A program made the translations under genes and the position numbers. Of a stretch of DNA of 64,000 nucleotides, positions 28,601 through 40,024 are shown piece after piece. A model generated the notes under the pieces. It searched no databases. It saw nothing but the letters and a program-made list of their open reading frames with translations, and was not told where the DNA came from. How positions within the stretch are numbered: the first letter of the stretch is position 1; the number at the start of each line of letters is the position of its first letter. Location: NCBI RefSeq assembly GCF_056746865.1, contig NZ_CM163382.1; one strand, given 5' to 3'.

Positions 28601-29779
28601 TTATTTCCTCCGCAACGTTACGCCGCCGGAAACCGCATCACCCTCTTTCTGTAACGCGTCCTGTTGCACAACATAATCTGCCGCCAGTGCGCTACGCAGT
28701 TTGTCGAAGCTGGCAAAGTTCGCAGCCCGTAGCTGAAGGTGAAGCGTCTGGCGTTTTTGATCAAAGTTGAAACCACGCATTTCGATGTCGGAAAGTGACG
28801 CTGATTTCAGGGCACTGGCGATCGCTGACAATTCTGCGAGCAGCCGGGTATCGTCGGCCTGTGGGCGATATTTTTTCAGCGCCATCGTCACCTGAGAGCG
28901 TAAATTCACAATCCGCTTCTGCTCCGGGAATAGCGTTAAGAACTGTTTCTCCGCCTGGGTGCGGCTTTGCGCCACCTGTTCGCTGACGCTCCATAACGTC
29001 ACGCCCCGTTCCACTACCAGCGCAACCAGAATCAGCAATACCGGCAGAATCATCACCCGCCAGCGCGCCCACTGTTTTCGGTAGCTGACACGAGGCTGCC
29101 ACGGCCCTGTTAGCAGGTTCCCTTTCGGTTCGCCATAAGTGGTAATGGCGGGCAGAGCCGTAACGGTCAGGCGTTCGGCGTCCGCACCAGCCCATGCAGA
29201 CAGTTCTTCCGGTGCAATGCCGACCACAGTTAGTGAAATCGGTAAATCCTGCTCATTGAGCTGTGCGCGGAACATGGCCGGAGCCAGCGCCCGCCCGGCG
29301 CTCCATCCCCGGCATTCATCGATGCGGCAGATAACCCGTTGCGCATCGCCAGCCATAAACCCACAAGGAATAGACATCCAGTCCGGCGCGACGGTAGCGC
29401 GGGTGATGCCGTTTGCCTGCAACCATTGCGCAATGTTGCGCATATGCTGCTGGTGAATCACAGCTACGGTTGCCAGTTGCTGGTCGATTTTCAACGGGGC
29501 GAAATGCAGTTCATCGATATCCTGGTTCAGCTCTTCTTCCAGCAAGGCGGGCAGAATCGTCGGTATCTGCTTGCGGGGCACATCAGGCAGTTCAACCTGC
29601 CAGACGCTGATCCATTCGCCGGGAATGTAGAGTCGAATCGCATCAGTTTGCAGCCATTGCTGGAGACGTTCGTCAGCAACGTCAGGCCAGATACCGTGCT
29701 CCACGTCGGGTGTATGGCGCTGCCAACGGATGGGATCAGCGGCGCAAAGCGGGAAAAAAATCTCAAGCATGGAACTCAC
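28601..29779 (-). CDS. gspL: type II secretion system protein L
   Basis: 392 aa, cytoplasmic domain plus one TM (VMILPVLLILVALVV). Position between gspK and gspM. Confidence 0.78.
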   Translation of the reverse strand: MSSMLEIFFPLCAADPIRWQRHTPDVEHGIWPDVADERLQQWLQTDAIRLYIPGEWISVWQVELPDVPRKQIPTILPALLEEELNQDIDELHFAPLKIDQQLATVAVIHQQHMRNIAQWLQANGITRATVAPDWMSIPCGFMAGDAQRVICRIDECRGWSAGRALAPAMFRAQLNEQDLPISLTVVGIAPEELSAWAGADAERLTVTALPAITTYGEPKGNLLTGPWQPRVSYRKQWARWRVMILPVLLILVALVVERGVTLWSVSEQVAQSRTQAEKQFLTLFPEQKRIVNLRSQVTMALKKYRPQADDTRLLAELSAIASALKSASLSDIEMRGFNFDQKRQTLHLQLRAANFASFDKLRSALAADYVVQQDALQKEGDAVSGGVTLRRK

Positions 29780-29784
29780 TCACT

Positions 29785-30753
29785 TTATCCTGTCTGATGC
29801 CAGAGAACAGAAAAGTGTTGTGGGCCCATGCGGACAATTAACGAATTCATCGTCAGTTCAATCTCATTCACGGTGATATCTGAACGCAGCCAGAAGTAAT
29901 TGCTGTCCACGCTCAGGACGGTTTTTAGCTGTTTTTTAGTACGCTCATCGACGTCTGCAAGTAGCGGCTGAGCAAGAAATTGATCGACATCTTCCCAGCC
30001 CTTCGCCGGACGTTGTTGTAATAACGCCCGCGCCTGAACAGGGCTTAACCACGGGTCAAACAGCGCCTCAAGAATCACACTTTGCGTGACATCTAATGTA
30101 TTGATGTTGATTTGCTGGCGGGCCATCGGCAGCGCACAGACCAACGGTTTCAGTTTTTGATAAAGCCCGGCGTCCATTCCCTGTACCACGCGCATTTCGC
30201 TGATATCCGCCAGCGGTTGATTAGTGGCGTAGAACGGCACCGAGCGGGCGAGATACTCGCTGTCTTCACGACCCAGTCGCGTCTGCACGCTGCGGTCTTC
30301 GTCAATAAACTCCCACAGGCTTTCGGCTATCAGTTCGGCCCGATAAGCAGGCACATCAAGGCGCGAGATCAGGGCAATCAGTTGTTGTACCGCGAGCGGA
30401 CGCGACGCCGTCGTCGGCTGAGCGAGGGCATTCAGGTTAAAGCAGGCCTGTGCGTCACGCAGAGTGACGGCAATTTGCCCCTGCGGCAGTGGGAAAAAAC
30501 GCGGGCCAGAAGCCCACGGTTGTGCCAGATGCACACGCTTTTCATTTTTCAGGCTCAGACTGAGCGCGCTCAGCGCCAGGCTTTCTGCACTGGCGCTGTA
30601 CCACAGCGCCTGCTGGTACTCCTGCTGGCTGCGCGTTCGCCCAAGTTGCTGCTGCATCCGACTGGAAAGCGTGATGGTCACCAGCATCATAACCGCCAGC
30701 AATACCAGCACCACGACCAGTGCCATTCCGCGTTTTGGTGGTGAGGTGATCAT
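29785..30753 (-). CDS. gspK: type II secretion minor pseudopilin K
   Basis: 322 aa, N-terminal GMALVVVLVLLAVMML hydrophobic segment. Synteny. Confidence 0.82.
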   Translation of the reverse strand: MITSPPKRGMALVVVLVLLAVMMLVTITLSSRMQQQLGRTRSQQEYQQALWYSASAESLALSALSLSLKNEKRVHLAQPWASGPRFFPLPQGQIAVTLRDAQACFNLNALAQPTTASRPLAVQQLIALISRLDVPAYRAELIAESLWEFIDEDRSVQTRLGREDSEYLARSVPFYATNQPLADISEMRVVQGMDAGLYQKLKPLVCALPMARQQININTLDVTQSVILEALFDPWLSPVQARALLQQRPAKGWEDVDQFLAQPLLADVDERTKKQLKTVLSVDSNYFWLRSDITVNEIELTMNSLIVRMGPQHFSVLWHQTG

Positions 30754-31355
30754 GATAATTGCGGCCCACGTAACAACCAGATGCGTTCAATCTCGCCCCA
30801 TTGCGGCGAATGCAGAGTCATGCGCACCGCCACAGGGATCGCCTGCCCTGACGACCAACTCGCCTGCCAGCGCGTGCCGTCGTAGAACTGCAAACGGAGC
30901 GAATCCGCCGGAATTAATTTTTGCGTTGTTGGCTTCACGCTGCCCGCTGCATCGGTCAGCGGCCAGGCTAACCGTTCAAGGTAACCGTCATGAATGCGGT
31001 AACCGACAGTGAGCAGATTACTGCGCGGCAGGCGCATCAACGGATTAACCACGCCGCCACGCACAAAGCGCATCCCTTCACTCTCAGACGCCAGCACGCC
31101 AGCGCCCGCCAGTAACGCTGGTTCACGCTGGCCCTGATCGCCTCTTACCGGACGCGGCATCATTTGTGTCAGATCGTGGTTCAAAAAACTCATCGTTTGC
31201 TGCATGAGGTTTAGTTTTTGATCGTGTCCGGCGACGGCGCTATTCACGCGTGTAACGCCGTTTGTCACCTGCTGCGCCATCAGTGCCAGTGAGGCAAAAA
31301 TGGCTATCGCCACCAGCATTTCCAGTAACGTGAAACCAGTGCGAGCCCTTCTCAC
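30750..31355 (-). CDS. gspJ: type II secretion minor pseudopilin J
   Basis: 201 aa, prepilin-type N-terminus GFTLLEMLVAIAIF. Confidence 0.85.
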   Translation of the reverse strand: MRRARTGFTLLEMLVAIAIFASLALMAQQVTNGVTRVNSAVAGHDQKLNLMQQTMSFLNHDLTQMMPRPVRGDQGQREPALLAGAGVLASESEGMRFVRGGVVNPLMRLPRSNLLTVGYRIHDGYLERLAWPLTDAAGSVKPTTQKLIPADSLRLQFYDGTRWQASWSSGQAIPVAVRMTLHSPQWGEIERIWLLRGPQLS

Positions 31356-31723
31356 TGTTGGCCTCCCACGGCGCTAAACCAGGCGCGTCGTGACTGAATC
31401 ACTGGCGAAAAGTCGTCATGAAGACTGACTTCAATATCCACCGCCTGGAGCAGCACGTTACCGGTATTCAGAGGGATCGTTCGCCAGTACCAGCGGCTTC
31501 CTGCCATATCACTCTCGCCCTGGTGCCTGACCGCTCGTTGTTCACGGGTCATCAGGTAAAGCAGCGCAGTCTGGTTTTCAGCTACCCAGCCCGCTACCGT
31601 TTTCTCCTCAAGAACCTGCTGATTGTTTAGCGCGCCGCTGGCGATCTGTAATACCGCCGTGGCAGCCAGCGCAAAAATCGCCAGTGCGATCATCACTTCC
31701 AGCAAGGTAAATCCGCGCTTCAT
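31352..31723 (-). CDS. gspI: type II secretion minor pseudopilin I
   Basis: 123 aa, MKRGFTLLEVMIALAIF prepilin leader. Confidence 0.85.
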   Translation of the reverse strand: MKRGFTLLEVMIALAIFALAATAVLQIASGALNNQQVLEEKTVAGWVAENQTALLYLMTREQRAVRHQGESDMAGSRWYWRTIPLNTGNVLLQAVDIEVSLHDDFSPVIQSRRAWFSAVGGQQ

Positions 31724-32283
31724 GGCACCCTCTCATCACATTGATTGAGGGATAACGCGCCATCGTGCGCCAGTTTTACCGCCCAACATGCGTTTTGCGC
31801 CGCCGAATAAAATCGCAGCGTAAACGGCGTGGCGGGTTCAAAAGGCGAAAAACGGATCTGCGGTGTCTTCTTTTTCGCCTCTTTTTGCAGCTCCAGTTCA
31901 ATATCATGCAGCGTCAGGCGACGACGTTGCATCTCCAGCGCATACTCCTTCTGCCAGATATCACTGCCGGGTTGTAACAGCATCTGCACCTGTTTCGGCA
32001 CCGTAACCTGTGCCGATAACCGGGTCGCAGAAACGGGCAACCATTGCCCGTGACGACGCTGCATAAACTGGTAACCTGGCGGGTCGATTAGCACACCGAG
32101 TGTTTGCCCTTCGATCACTGCCCTGTCCTTAAACTGCGCAAAGCGAGTCAGAAAATCCTGCGCCGCTTTTTTCGCAGGCGGCTCTGAAGCGGTCGCAAAC
32201 GTCTGTACCACGCCCGCACTGGCAAGGCCGATAAGGAAAATCACCAGCATGATTTCCAGAAGTGTGAATCCGCGTTCAGGCAC
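31720..32283 (-). CDS. gspH: type II secretion minor pseudopilin H
   Basis: 187 aa, RGFTLLEIMLVIFLIG prepilin leader. Confidence 0.85.
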   Translation of the reverse strand: MPERGFTLLEIMLVIFLIGLASAGVVQTFATASEPPAKKAAQDFLTRFAQFKDRAVIEGQTLGVLIDPPGYQFMQRRHGQWLPVSATRLSAQVTVPKQVQMLLQPGSDIWQKEYALEMQRRRLTLHDIELELQKEAKKKTPQIRFSPFEPATPFTLRFYSAAQNACWAVKLAHDGALSLNQCDERVP

Positions 32284-32286
32284 TGA

Positions 32287-32742
32287 TTACTGAAACTCCT
32301 GCAAATTCCAGTTACCGATATCTGCGCCAGCGCCCTCCCCGTTTTCCTGACCATCTGCTCCCAGGGTATAAACATCAAACAGCCCTTTTTCACCTGGGCT
32401 GAGATACTGATAATCATTGCCCCACGGATCCTTTGGCAGTCGTTTGATGTATCCACCGGTACGGTAGTTGCGGGCGTCCGCCATATTGGCTGGCTGCTGG
32501 ATCAGCGCCTCCAGTCCCTGTTCGGTGGTCGGATAACGCCCGTTATCCAGTCGGTACATATCCAGCGCATTCTCCAGCGCCACGATATCGCTGATGGCTT
32601 TTTGCCGATCGGCTTTCTCTTTGTTGCCCAGCAGGTTAGGCACCACCAGACTTGCCAGGACGCCAAGAATAACAATCACCACCATCACTTCCAGCAGGGT
32701 AAAACCTGCCCGTGGTTTTTGTGTGCGGGATAACGAATTCAT
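32287..32742 (-). CDS. gspG: type II secretion major pseudopilin G
   Basis: AGFTLLEVMVVIVILGVLASLVVPN prepilin N-terminus. Start set at the internal ATG (32740-32742), which has a GGAG RBS and avoids overlap with gspF. Confidence 0.85.
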   Translation of the reverse strand: MNSLSRTQKPRAGFTLLEVMVVIVILGVLASLVVPNLLGNKEKADRQKAISDIVALENALDMYRLDNGRYPTTEQGLEALIQQPANMADARNYRTGGYIKRLPKDPWGNDYQYLSPGEKGLFDVYTLGADGQENGEGAGADIGNWNLQEFQ

Positions 32743-32758
32743 GTGATAACTCCGTAAA

Positions 32759-33982
32759 TTACATTCCAACCATATTGTTCAGTTGCAGCATCGGTTCGAG
32801 GATGGCGATGACGATAAACAGCACCACACCCGCCATCATCACCACCAGCGCCGGCTCAAACAGCCCTAACGCCAGCCCCACCTGGGTATCAAATTCCCGT
32901 TCCTGGTTGACCGCGGCCTGTTCAAGCATGGTTTCCAGCTCGCCGCTCTGTTCGCCGGAGGCGATCATGTACAGCATCATCGGTGGAAACAGGTGCAACT
33001 CCGCCAGCGCGGCGCGCAGGCTGCTTCCTTCGCGGACGCGATCTGCCGCCAGCAGCAGTTGTTGTTCGACATAGCGATTTGCCGACACGGCGGCGGCGGT
33101 CTGAATGCCTTCCAGCAGCGGAACACTGCTGGCGGTGAGGATGCTTAATGTGCGGGAAAAACGCGCCGTATTCAGTCCGCGCGCAACACGCCCCGTCACG
33201 GGCAGGCGCAGCAAGGTTTTATCCCAGCGCAGGCGCATCGCAGGATTTTTGAGTAGCCGTTGCCCCAGCACCAGAAGCCCCAGCAAACCCGCCAGCCAGT
33301 ACACGCCGCTGGCCTGTAACGCGTCGCTCATAGCGATGAGCATTCGGGTGGAGGCGGGTAGCGCGTGTCCGAGATGATCAAACTGTTCGATAATTTTCGG
33401 CACCACTGCCGTCAGCAAAATAGTGACTACGCCCGTTGCCACCACCAGCAGAACCAGCGGATAGAGCATGGCCTGCAGCAGGCGTGATTTCAGACGCTGC
33501 CGCTGTTCGGTGTAATCCGCCAGGCGATTGAGCACCACGTCGAGATGTCCGGATTTTTCTCCGGCAGCGACCATCGAACAAAACAGGGAGTCAAAGACGC
33601 GGGGATGTTCGCGCAGGCTGTCCGACAGGGTATAACCTTCCTGAATCCGGCTGCGCAGCGCCATTCCGAGGCTTTTTACATGCAGTTTTTCGCTTTGCTC
33701 ACTGACCGCCTGTAAGCAGGTTTCCAGCGGCATTGCTGCCTGCACCAGCGTTGCCAGTTGACGAGTGAACAGCGCCAGATCTGCTGCCGCCACGCGACGA
33801 TGTGCGTGCCGCCGACGCTGCAACATTCCCCCTGCCGATGCATTCATCCGGGCTTCAATGTGCACGGGAATGAGGTCTTTACCGCGCAACAATTGACGGG
33901 CATGACGCGCGGAATCCGCCTCAATCATGCCTTTGGTTTTGCGACCATTACGCTCCAGCGCCTGATAGTAAAACAGTGCCAT
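32759..33982 (-). CDS. gspF: type II secretion inner-membrane platform protein F
   Basis: 407 aa, GspF/PilC-type polytopic protein. Synteny. Confidence 0.88.
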   Translation of the reverse strand: MALFYYQALERNGRKTKGMIEADSARHARQLLRGKDLIPVHIEARMNASAGGMLQRRRHAHRRVAAADLALFTRQLATLVQAAMPLETCLQAVSEQSEKLHVKSLGMALRSRIQEGYTLSDSLREHPRVFDSLFCSMVAAGEKSGHLDVVLNRLADYTEQRQRLKSRLLQAMLYPLVLLVVATGVVTILLTAVVPKIIEQFDHLGHALPASTRMLIAMSDALQASGVYWLAGLLGLLVLGQRLLKNPAMRLRWDKTLLRLPVTGRVARGLNTARFSRTLSILTASSVPLLEGIQTAAAVSANRYVEQQLLLAADRVREGSSLRAALAELHLFPPMMLYMIASGEQSGELETMLEQAAVNQEREFDTQVGLALGLFEPALVVMMAGVVLFIVIAILEPMLQLNNMVGM

Positions 33983-35475
33983 TACGCCTCCATGGTTACC
34001 CGCAGAACTTCATCGAGAGAGGTTTCTCCGGCGAGCACTTTCTCAATGCCGTTACTGCGGATACCCGCAGAGTGTTGCCGGACATAACGTTCCAGCTCCA
34101 GTTCCCCGGCCTGACGGTGGATCAAATCACGCAATGTGGCGTCTACCACGATCAGCTCATGGATGGCAGTACGTCCGCGAAAACCTTTGTGATTACAGGC
34201 GGGGCAGCCCTGCGGATGGTACAGCGTGACGGTTCGCGCATCGGTAATTCCCAGCAGGCGTTTTTCTTCGTCGGTGGCAGGCGCGGACTGGCGGCAATCG
34301 GGACACAGCGTGCGAACCAGTCGCTGCGCCATCACGCCCGTCAGACTGGAAGAGAGCAGGAAAGGCTCCACGCCCATATCCTGCAAACGCGTGATCGCCC
34401 CCACCGCTGTGTTGGTATGCAGCGTGGAAAGTACCAGGTGTCCGGTCAGTGAAGCCTGAACAGCGATTTCTGCGGTTTCGGTATCGCGGATTTCACCGAC
34501 CATCACCACATCCGGGTCCTGACGCAAAATTGCGCGCAGGCCACGGGCGAATGTCATGCCGACGCGGGTGTTAACCTGCGTCTGACCGATCCCGTCAATC
34601 ATGTATTCGATAGGGTCTTCAACCGTGAGAATGTTACGCGAGTGGTTGTTCAGCTCCTGCAATCCAGCGTACAGCGTGGTGCTTTTGCCGGAACCGGTCG
34701 GCCCCGTCACCAGAAAAATGCCGTGCGGTTTGTGTAACAGCTGGCGCAACTGCGCAGTCAGTTCGTGACTCAAACCAAGACGCTCCAGCGTCAGGCGAGC
34801 CTGGTTTTTGTCCAGCAGTCGCAGCACCACGCGTTCCCCCCAGGCAGAAGGCATGGTAGATACACGGACGTCAATCGCCCGACCGCCCAGCAGCAGCGCA
34901 ATACGGCCATCCTGCGGTACGCGCTTTTCGGCGATATCCAGTCGCGCCATCACCTTGATACGCGAGACCAGCAGCGAGGCCAGTTTACGACCGGGGCGCA
35001 ACATTTCATGTAATGTGCCGTCAACACGAAAACGGATCACCAGACTCTTTTCAAACGTCTCAATGTGGATATCCGAAGCGCCTTCTTTGATTGCCTCTGC
35101 CAGCATGGCGTTGATCAGTTTGATGATCGGCGCATCGTCGTCACTTTCCAGCAGATCTTCCGTTTCCGGCAGTTCTTCAGCGAGGGTAAAAAAGTCCTCG
35201 GCGGAACCGAGATCTTCCATCAGCTGGCGAGCTTCGGAAGAGTCCCGCTGCCAGACCGCATTCAGCCGCTGTTCAAATTCAGCCTCGTCGATTTGCCGCA
35301 GTGTAAAGGGCGCATTCAGCCCCCGCTGTAGCTCCTGTAAAACAGAGAGCGACAACGGATGAACATGGAGGATCTCCAGCGACGCTTCGCACCATGCCAC
35401 CAGGCTAAACCGACGGCTGAAACTGTAGGGCAGACGCACGGTGTTAGCGGTGGTTTCCTGTGCTACAGGCACCAT
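33982..35475 (-). CDS. gspE: type II secretion ATPase E
   Basis: 497 aa, Walker [11 protein letters not shown]-terminal CxxC...CxxC zinc motif (CPDC...CPAC). Confidence 0.92.
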   Translation of the reverse strand: MVPVAQETTANTVRLPYSFSRRFSLVAWCEASLEILHVHPLSLSVLQELQRGLNAPFTLRQIDEAEFEQRLNAVWQRDSSEARQLMEDLGSAEDFFTLAEELPETEDLLESDDDAPIIKLINAMLAEAIKEGASDIHIETFEKSLVIRFRVDGTLHEMLRPGRKLASLLVSRIKVMARLDIAEKRVPQDGRIALLLGGRAIDVRVSTMPSAWGERVVLRLLDKNQARLTLERLGLSHELTAQLRQLLHKPHGIFLVTGPTGSGKSTTLYAGLQELNNHSRNILTVEDPIEYMIDGIGQTQVNTRVGMTFARGLRAILRQDPDVVMVGEIRDTETAEIAVQASLTGHLVLSTLHTNTAVGAITRLQDMGVEPFLLSSSLTGVMAQRLVRTLCPDCRQSAPATDEEKRLLGITDARTVTLYHPQGCPACNHKGFRGRTAIHELIVVDATLRDLIHRQAGELELERYVRQHSAGIRSNGIEKVLAGETSLDEVLRVTMEA

Positions 35476-37535
35476 TAACGCGTTCTCCCGGCATTAAGAA
35501 ACGCACGAACTTCCGGCGGTAAGGCCTGATTTTGCGCTGGCAATATCGGCTGCGCGGTGTGCGGCATCAGGCTTAAGCCTTGCTCATCGCGGTAGATTTG
35601 CTCGGCGCGCATGTAGTTATATTTGCGCTGCGACACGCCGTCTGCCGCCATACCGTCACGCAGAATGGTCGGACGGATAAACACCATCAGGTTACGTTTT
35701 TCTTTTTTATCCGCCGTCGATTTAAACAGGTTACCAATCAATGGGATATCGCCCAGCAGCGGCACTTTCGCCACGCTTTCTCCCGCCTGGTCGTCCATCA
35801 GACCGCCAAGCACGATCAGCTCACCATCGTTAGCCAGCACGGTGGTTTTCAGTTTGCGCTCGCCAAACACGACATCGAGACTGGTCTGCCCTTCCACTTT
35901 CGAGACTTCCTGCTCAATCACCATCTGTACCGCGTTACCTTCGTTAATCTGCGGCGTGACTTTCAGCATGATGCCGACTTTTTTCCTCTCTACCGTATTG
36001 AAAGGATTGCTGTTATTGGAACCAACGGTAGAGCCGGTTAATACCGGAACGTCCTGGCCCACCATGAAGAAGGCTTCCTGGTTGTCCAGCGTGGTGATAC
36101 TCGGCGTGGAGAGCACGTTCGAGCTGGAGTCGTTTTTGACCGCCTGTACCAGCGCCATCCAGTCGCCTTTCACCACGCCAACCGCCGTACCGCTAAAGCC
36201 AGAAAGAAGCTGAGCGAGCGTGGAGAGATCGCCGTTAGTATCCGGATTTATGGTGGTAGCACCGTTTTCGCTGATCACCGTGGAACCTTTCTGCGGCTTG
36301 GCTGCAGAAATTGCTGCCCCCAGCGTACCAATAGGGATTTGCGTACCGTTGGCAAACTGCATTAATCCGGCATCTTTTGACCCCCACTGCACGCCGAAGT
36401 TGATATTGCTGCCTTCGGCAACTTCCACGATTAACGCCTCGACATGCACCTGAGCACGGCGAATATCCAGTTGTTCAATCACGCTTTGCAGCGACTGCAT
36501 GATGTCCTGCGGCGCGGTAACAATCAGGGCATTACTGTGTTTGCTGGCGGCGATGGAGACAACCTCACGCCCGCTACCAACCGTGCCTTCCGCCTCTTCT
36601 TTAGCCGCCGTGAGCGTACCGCTGACCTGCTTCAGCACATCGACCAGATCTTCGGCTTTGCTGTATTTGAGATAGAACACCTGGCTGTTGCCGCTGCGCT
36701 CCATTTCTGAATCCAGCCGACGGATCAGACGGCGCATTTTGTCTCGCGTGGCGGGGTCACCACTGACAATCACGCTGTTGGTGCGTTCATCGGCGACAAT
36801 TTGAGATTTCAGCGTTGCTGGCTGGTTCTCGCCGCTGTTTTTGGTCAGGCTTTCCAGCACGCGGGCAATTTCCGAGGCTGAGGCGTTATCCAGCGGGATC
36901 ACCTCTTCGGTGCGATTACCCGCGTGATCCACGCGCTGGATCACTTCCGTCAGGCGCTCCACAACTGAGGCGCGTCCGGTAAGCATAATCACGTTGGAGG
37001 GATCGTAATTAACAACGTTGCCTGAGCCTGCGCTGTCAATCATCTGGCGCAGAATCGGTGCCAGCTCGCGTACTGACACATTACGTACCGGCACTACTTT
37101 GGTGACCATTTCATCGCCCGCGTAGTTGTCGCTGCCTTCACCGACCAGCGGCAGCGGCTCGACTTTCGCAGCGCTGGATTTCACCACCTTCAGCACGTCG
37201 TTTTCCATCGGTACGACGGCATACCCCTGTGCTTCCAGCAGGTTAAGGAATAGCTGGTAATACTGGCGTTCATTGAGCGGGGTCATGGTGCGAATACTCA
37301 CTTTCCCCTGTACGCCCGGCCCCATAATGATGGTTTTATTAAGGTTAGCGCCGACGGTTTCGATGAACGATTTCAGGTCGGTATCTTTAAAATTAGCGGT
37401 GAAAGTGGCTTCTTCCGCCCAGACCGGTGAACTGCATAATGCCGCTGCCAGCACCAGCGGCAGTAAACGCTTTTTTGTTTTGAGGCCAGTTGTCTTCTTA
37501 CGCCAGACCGACAACGTAATATCACGCCAAAACAC
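35475..37535 (-). CDS. gspD: type II secretion secretin D
   Basis: 686 aa, signal peptide, secretin-family C-terminal domain ([15 protein letters not shown]). Confidence 0.9.
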   Translation of the reverse strand: MFWRDITLSVWRKKTTGLKTKKRLLPLVLAAALCSSPVWAEEATFTANFKDTDLKSFIETVGANLNKTIIMGPGVQGKVSIRTMTPLNERQYYQLFLNLLEAQGYAVVPMENDVLKVVKSSAAKVEPLPLVGEGSDNYAGDEMVTKVVPVRNVSVRELAPILRQMIDSAGSGNVVNYDPSNVIMLTGRASVVERLTEVIQRVDHAGNRTEEVIPLDNASASEIARVLESLTKNSGENQPATLKSQIVADERTNSVIVSGDPATRDKMRRLIRRLDSEMERSGNSQVFYLKYSKAEDLVDVLKQVSGTLTAAKEEAEGTVGSGREVVSIAASKHSNALIVTAPQDIMQSLQSVIEQLDIRRAQVHVEALIVEVAEGSNINFGVQWGSKDAGLMQFANGTQIPIGTLGAAISAAKPQKGSTVISENGATTINPDTNGDLSTLAQLLSGFSGTAVGVVKGDWMALVQAVKNDSSSNVLSTPSITTLDNQEAFFMVGQDVPVLTGSTVGSNNSNPFNTVERKKVGIMLKVTPQINEGNAVQMVIEQEVSKVEGQTSLDVVFGERKLKTTVLANDGELIVLGGLMDDQAGESVAKVPLLGDIPLIGNLFKSTADKKEKRNLMVFIRPTILRDGMAADGVSQRKYNYMRAEQIYRDEQGLSLMPHTAQPILPAQNQALPPEVRAFLNAGRTR

Positions 37536-37564
37536 GATGAATGATTCTCCTGGATTAAATGCGG

Positions 37565-38524
37565 TTAGCGCAGCGCGATGGAAATGTCGTGGCGCGCACC
37601 CTTGCGTAAAACCGTAAGTTGAATGGAATCCATTGAAGGTAACTGCCGCATCAGAGCAATCATTGCTCGTGGATCAGTGAAATCCTGCTGATTTAGCGCA
37701 ATGGCGATATCGCCTTCCTTGAAACCGCTGGCATCGAACAGAGAACGATCTGCCCCCGGCTTCACTGCATAACCGACAATCCCCTCCTTACGCACAGGCG
37801 TAAGCTGGATATAGTTAAAAATTTTCTGCGGATCTTTCGTCAGTGCCTGACGCACGGCAGTCGGGATCTCAACTGGCGCACTGGCAGCAGGCTCAGCAAC
37901 AGCTTGCTTTGCTTCGTCACTGACGGCTTTTTTGTTGGTCACGGCTACGGTGGAATGCCCCTCTTCTGCCAGGCTCAGGCGCTCTATTTTTCCCTGATAG
38001 CGCAGCATCACATGGTCGCGGTTGATTTCCTCAATCACCGCGTTGTGAGAACCAAGCCGTTCCCCCTGCAAATAGACCTGCTGTTTGCCACCTTCTTCAA
38101 TAACCGCGCCGGGTCTGGCACCAAAGGCGATCCCACGCAACACCACATTAAGACGCGTTTCTGCCACAGGCACAGGTTCGGGTTGTTTTACCGGCGTGGC
38201 GACGGGCTGATATTTGCCAAACCAGTTTTGCTGGCTGATTAATTGCACGTCATTTTTATCGAACGTTTTTGCATCCGCACGGGGCGGTTTATTCGCCGAT
38301 GGGGAAACAGCCGTATATTCCGCAGAAAAGGAGAAATAGCGCCAGAGTGAATACGCCATTTTTGCAGAAATAATAAGCAGCATCAGCCAGAACATCCCGC
38401 GTGCAATTTTGCGCAGATGCTCTTTGTCTGTATTAAGAGATTGTCTCTGGTTAAGAGTGTGACGAATTTTTGTCAGCCATTGAATGAGATAAATTCGTGC
38501 GTCACGAAAAACAACCCGCGCCAA
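37565..38524 (-). CDS. gspC: type II secretion protein C
   Basis: 319 aa, one TM (FWLMLLIISAKMAY) and a PDZ-like C-terminus. Synteny upstream of gspD. Confidence 0.72.
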   Translation of the reverse strand: MARVVFRDARIYLIQWLTKIRHTLNQRQSLNTDKEHLRKIARGMFWLMLLIISAKMAYSLWRYFSFSAEYTAVSPSANKPPRADAKTFDKNDVQLISQQNWFGKYQPVATPVKQPEPVPVAETRLNVVLRGIAFGARPGAVIEEGGKQQVYLQGERLGSHNAVIEEINRDHVMLRYQGKIERLSLAEEGHSTVAVTNKKAVSDEAKQAVAEPAASAPVEIPTAVRQALTKDPQKIFNYIQLTPVRKEGIVGYAVKPGADRSLFDASGFKEGDIAIALNQQDFTDPRAMIALMRQLPSMDSIQLTVLRKGARHDISIALR

Positions 38525-38541
38525 TTTATATCTACCCGACG

Positions 38542-38952
38542 TTATGCTTTGACTATTCCACAGGTGGTACGATCCAGTTTCCGCTGATACTGGTTACCTG
38601 TACGTGTATCATTAATCGTTATGCTGTAATTAATTCCCTCAGTGAGCATTAATTTCACCGTTGGGTCATTGCACATTTGTCGTTGATAGCTGGTTAAAAA
38701 GGCGTCAGGCGTCTGCGTGGTCTGAGTCCCCGCTTCGCTGATAATGGTCATTTTTACCGTCGTGCCGCTACTTTGTGCCAGCACTAAGGTATATCCCGCA
38801 GATTTAATCGGCAGGTTTTGGCTGATATTTTGCGCCTGTTTTTTCGCCAGTAAACTGGCATTTTCATTATGGCTGGCACAGCCACTTAATAATCCTGTAA
38901 CGCTCAACAATAGCGATATTAATACCCTCCCTGGCATTTGTTTTATCGACAT
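38542..38952 (-). CDS. yghG: YghG-type small lipoprotein (putative T2SS pilotin)
   Basis: 136 aa, lipobox LLSGC. Conserved position between pppA and gspC. Confidence 0.7.
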   Translation of the reverse strand: MSIKQMPGRVLISLLLSVTGLLSGCASHNENASLLAKKQAQNISQNLPIKSAGYTLVLAQSSGTTVKMTIISEAGTQTTQTPDAFLTSYQRQMCNDPTVKLMLTEGINYSITINDTRTGNQYQRKLDRTTCGIVKA

Positions 38953-39017
38953 GGTAAATAATCTCTAAGGTTATTAATAAGAGTTAAAATGTCACTTTGA
39001 TAATGACGTTGTTATCA

Positions 39018-39827
39018 TTAAAACAATGCCTGTAGATAAATTGTTGCTATACCGCCCAGACTTAAACACGGTCCAAAAGGCAGTGTGGTTGATCCTCTTT
39101 TTGTAATAACGGCATATATCAGGCCGCAGCATGATGCGATTAAAGCAACATTGGGTAGCGACAACGGCCCCACCCAACTACCTAACGCAGCGAACAATAA
39201 TACATCGCCCATGCCTAATGCTTCTTTACGCAGAACTATTCCGGCTATCCAGCGCAGGGAGTAAAAAGCGATAAACCCCACCAGGACGCCGGTAACTGCA
39301 TCTTGTAGCGTGAGCGGGCTCTGCTGCGCCCATGCCGCACTCAGTCCCGTCCACAATACGCCCTGAGTAAAAACATCGGGCAGCCATTGGTGATCGAGGT
39401 CAATGACGCTCGCGGCAATCAGCCAGGCGGATAATATCATCACCGCCAGCGCCCATCCACTTTCCGGCCAGACCAGACTCGCCAGCAAAAAAGCGAGTGC
39501 CGTCAATAACTCCACCAGCGGATAACGCTTGCTGATTTTCGCCTGACAGTCGCGGCAGCGCCCTTTGAGCATCAGCCAGGAGAACAGCGGAATATTGTCA
39601 CGAACGCGGATGGTCTGCTGACAATGTGGACAGTGCGAACGTGGCAGCGCCAGGCTTATTTTTGACTGCGCACTCGGCATTTCACCGTGAAACTCCGCCA
39701 TTTGTTGGCGCAGCATGATGGGGTAACGCCAAATCACCACATTCAAAAAACTACCTATAATCAATCCTCCGACGGTTGCCAGGACGGGCATCGCCGCAGG
39801 GTATTGCTGAAAAACATCAAAAAGCAT
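39018..39827 (-). CDS. pppA: prepilin peptidase (type 4 prepilin-like leader peptidase/N-methyltransferase)
   Basis: 269 aa, polytopic, paired-Cys zinc motif (CPHC...CRDC) typical of PulO/PilD-type peptidases. Confidence 0.85.
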   Translation of the reverse strand: MLFDVFQQYPAAMPVLATVGGLIIGSFLNVVIWRYPIMLRQQMAEFHGEMPSAQSKISLALPRSHCPHCQQTIRVRDNIPLFSWLMLKGRCRDCQAKISKRYPLVELLTALAFLLASLVWPESGWALAVMILSAWLIAASVIDLDHQWLPDVFTQGVLWTGLSAAWAQQSPLTLQDAVTGVLVGFIAFYSLRWIAGIVLRKEALGMGDVLLFAALGSWVGPLSLPNVALIASCCGLIYAVITKRGSTTLPFGPCLSLGGIATIYLQALF

Positions 39828-39853
39828 GGCTAAAGGTTATTTGTTGTAACTTG

Positions 39854-40022
39854 CTGGATGCGGCGTAAAACGCCTTATCCGTCCTACGGGTGTCTGCCAG
39901 CGCAAATAATCGCGGCTTTCCCCGTCTGTAGGCCCGATAAGCAGGCGCATCGGGCAAATGTGTTAACCCGGTGCGCCTTATTTCATGCCGGATGCGGCGC
40001 GAGCGCCTTATCCGGCCTACGG
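39854..40022. repeat. BIME: three REP (repetitive extragenic palindrome) units
   Basis: ctggatgcggcgtaaaacgccttatccgtcctac (39854-39887), an inverted copy gtaggcccgataagcaggcgcatcgggca (39928-39956) and tgccggatgcggcgcgagcgccttatccggcctac (39986-40020) match the E. coli REP consensus. Confidence 0.75.
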
Positions 40023-40024
40023 GC

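Noticed and set aside
30112-31012. Antisense ORFs of 182-210 aa inside gspK/gspJ (and similar ORFs inside gspL, gspE, gspD, yghJ, glcB, glcF, glcD)
   Set aside because: They are typical long open frames on the opposite strand of GC-rich genes, with low-complexity Arg/Ser/Ala-rich translations and no motifs. The sense-strand genes have clear family signatures.
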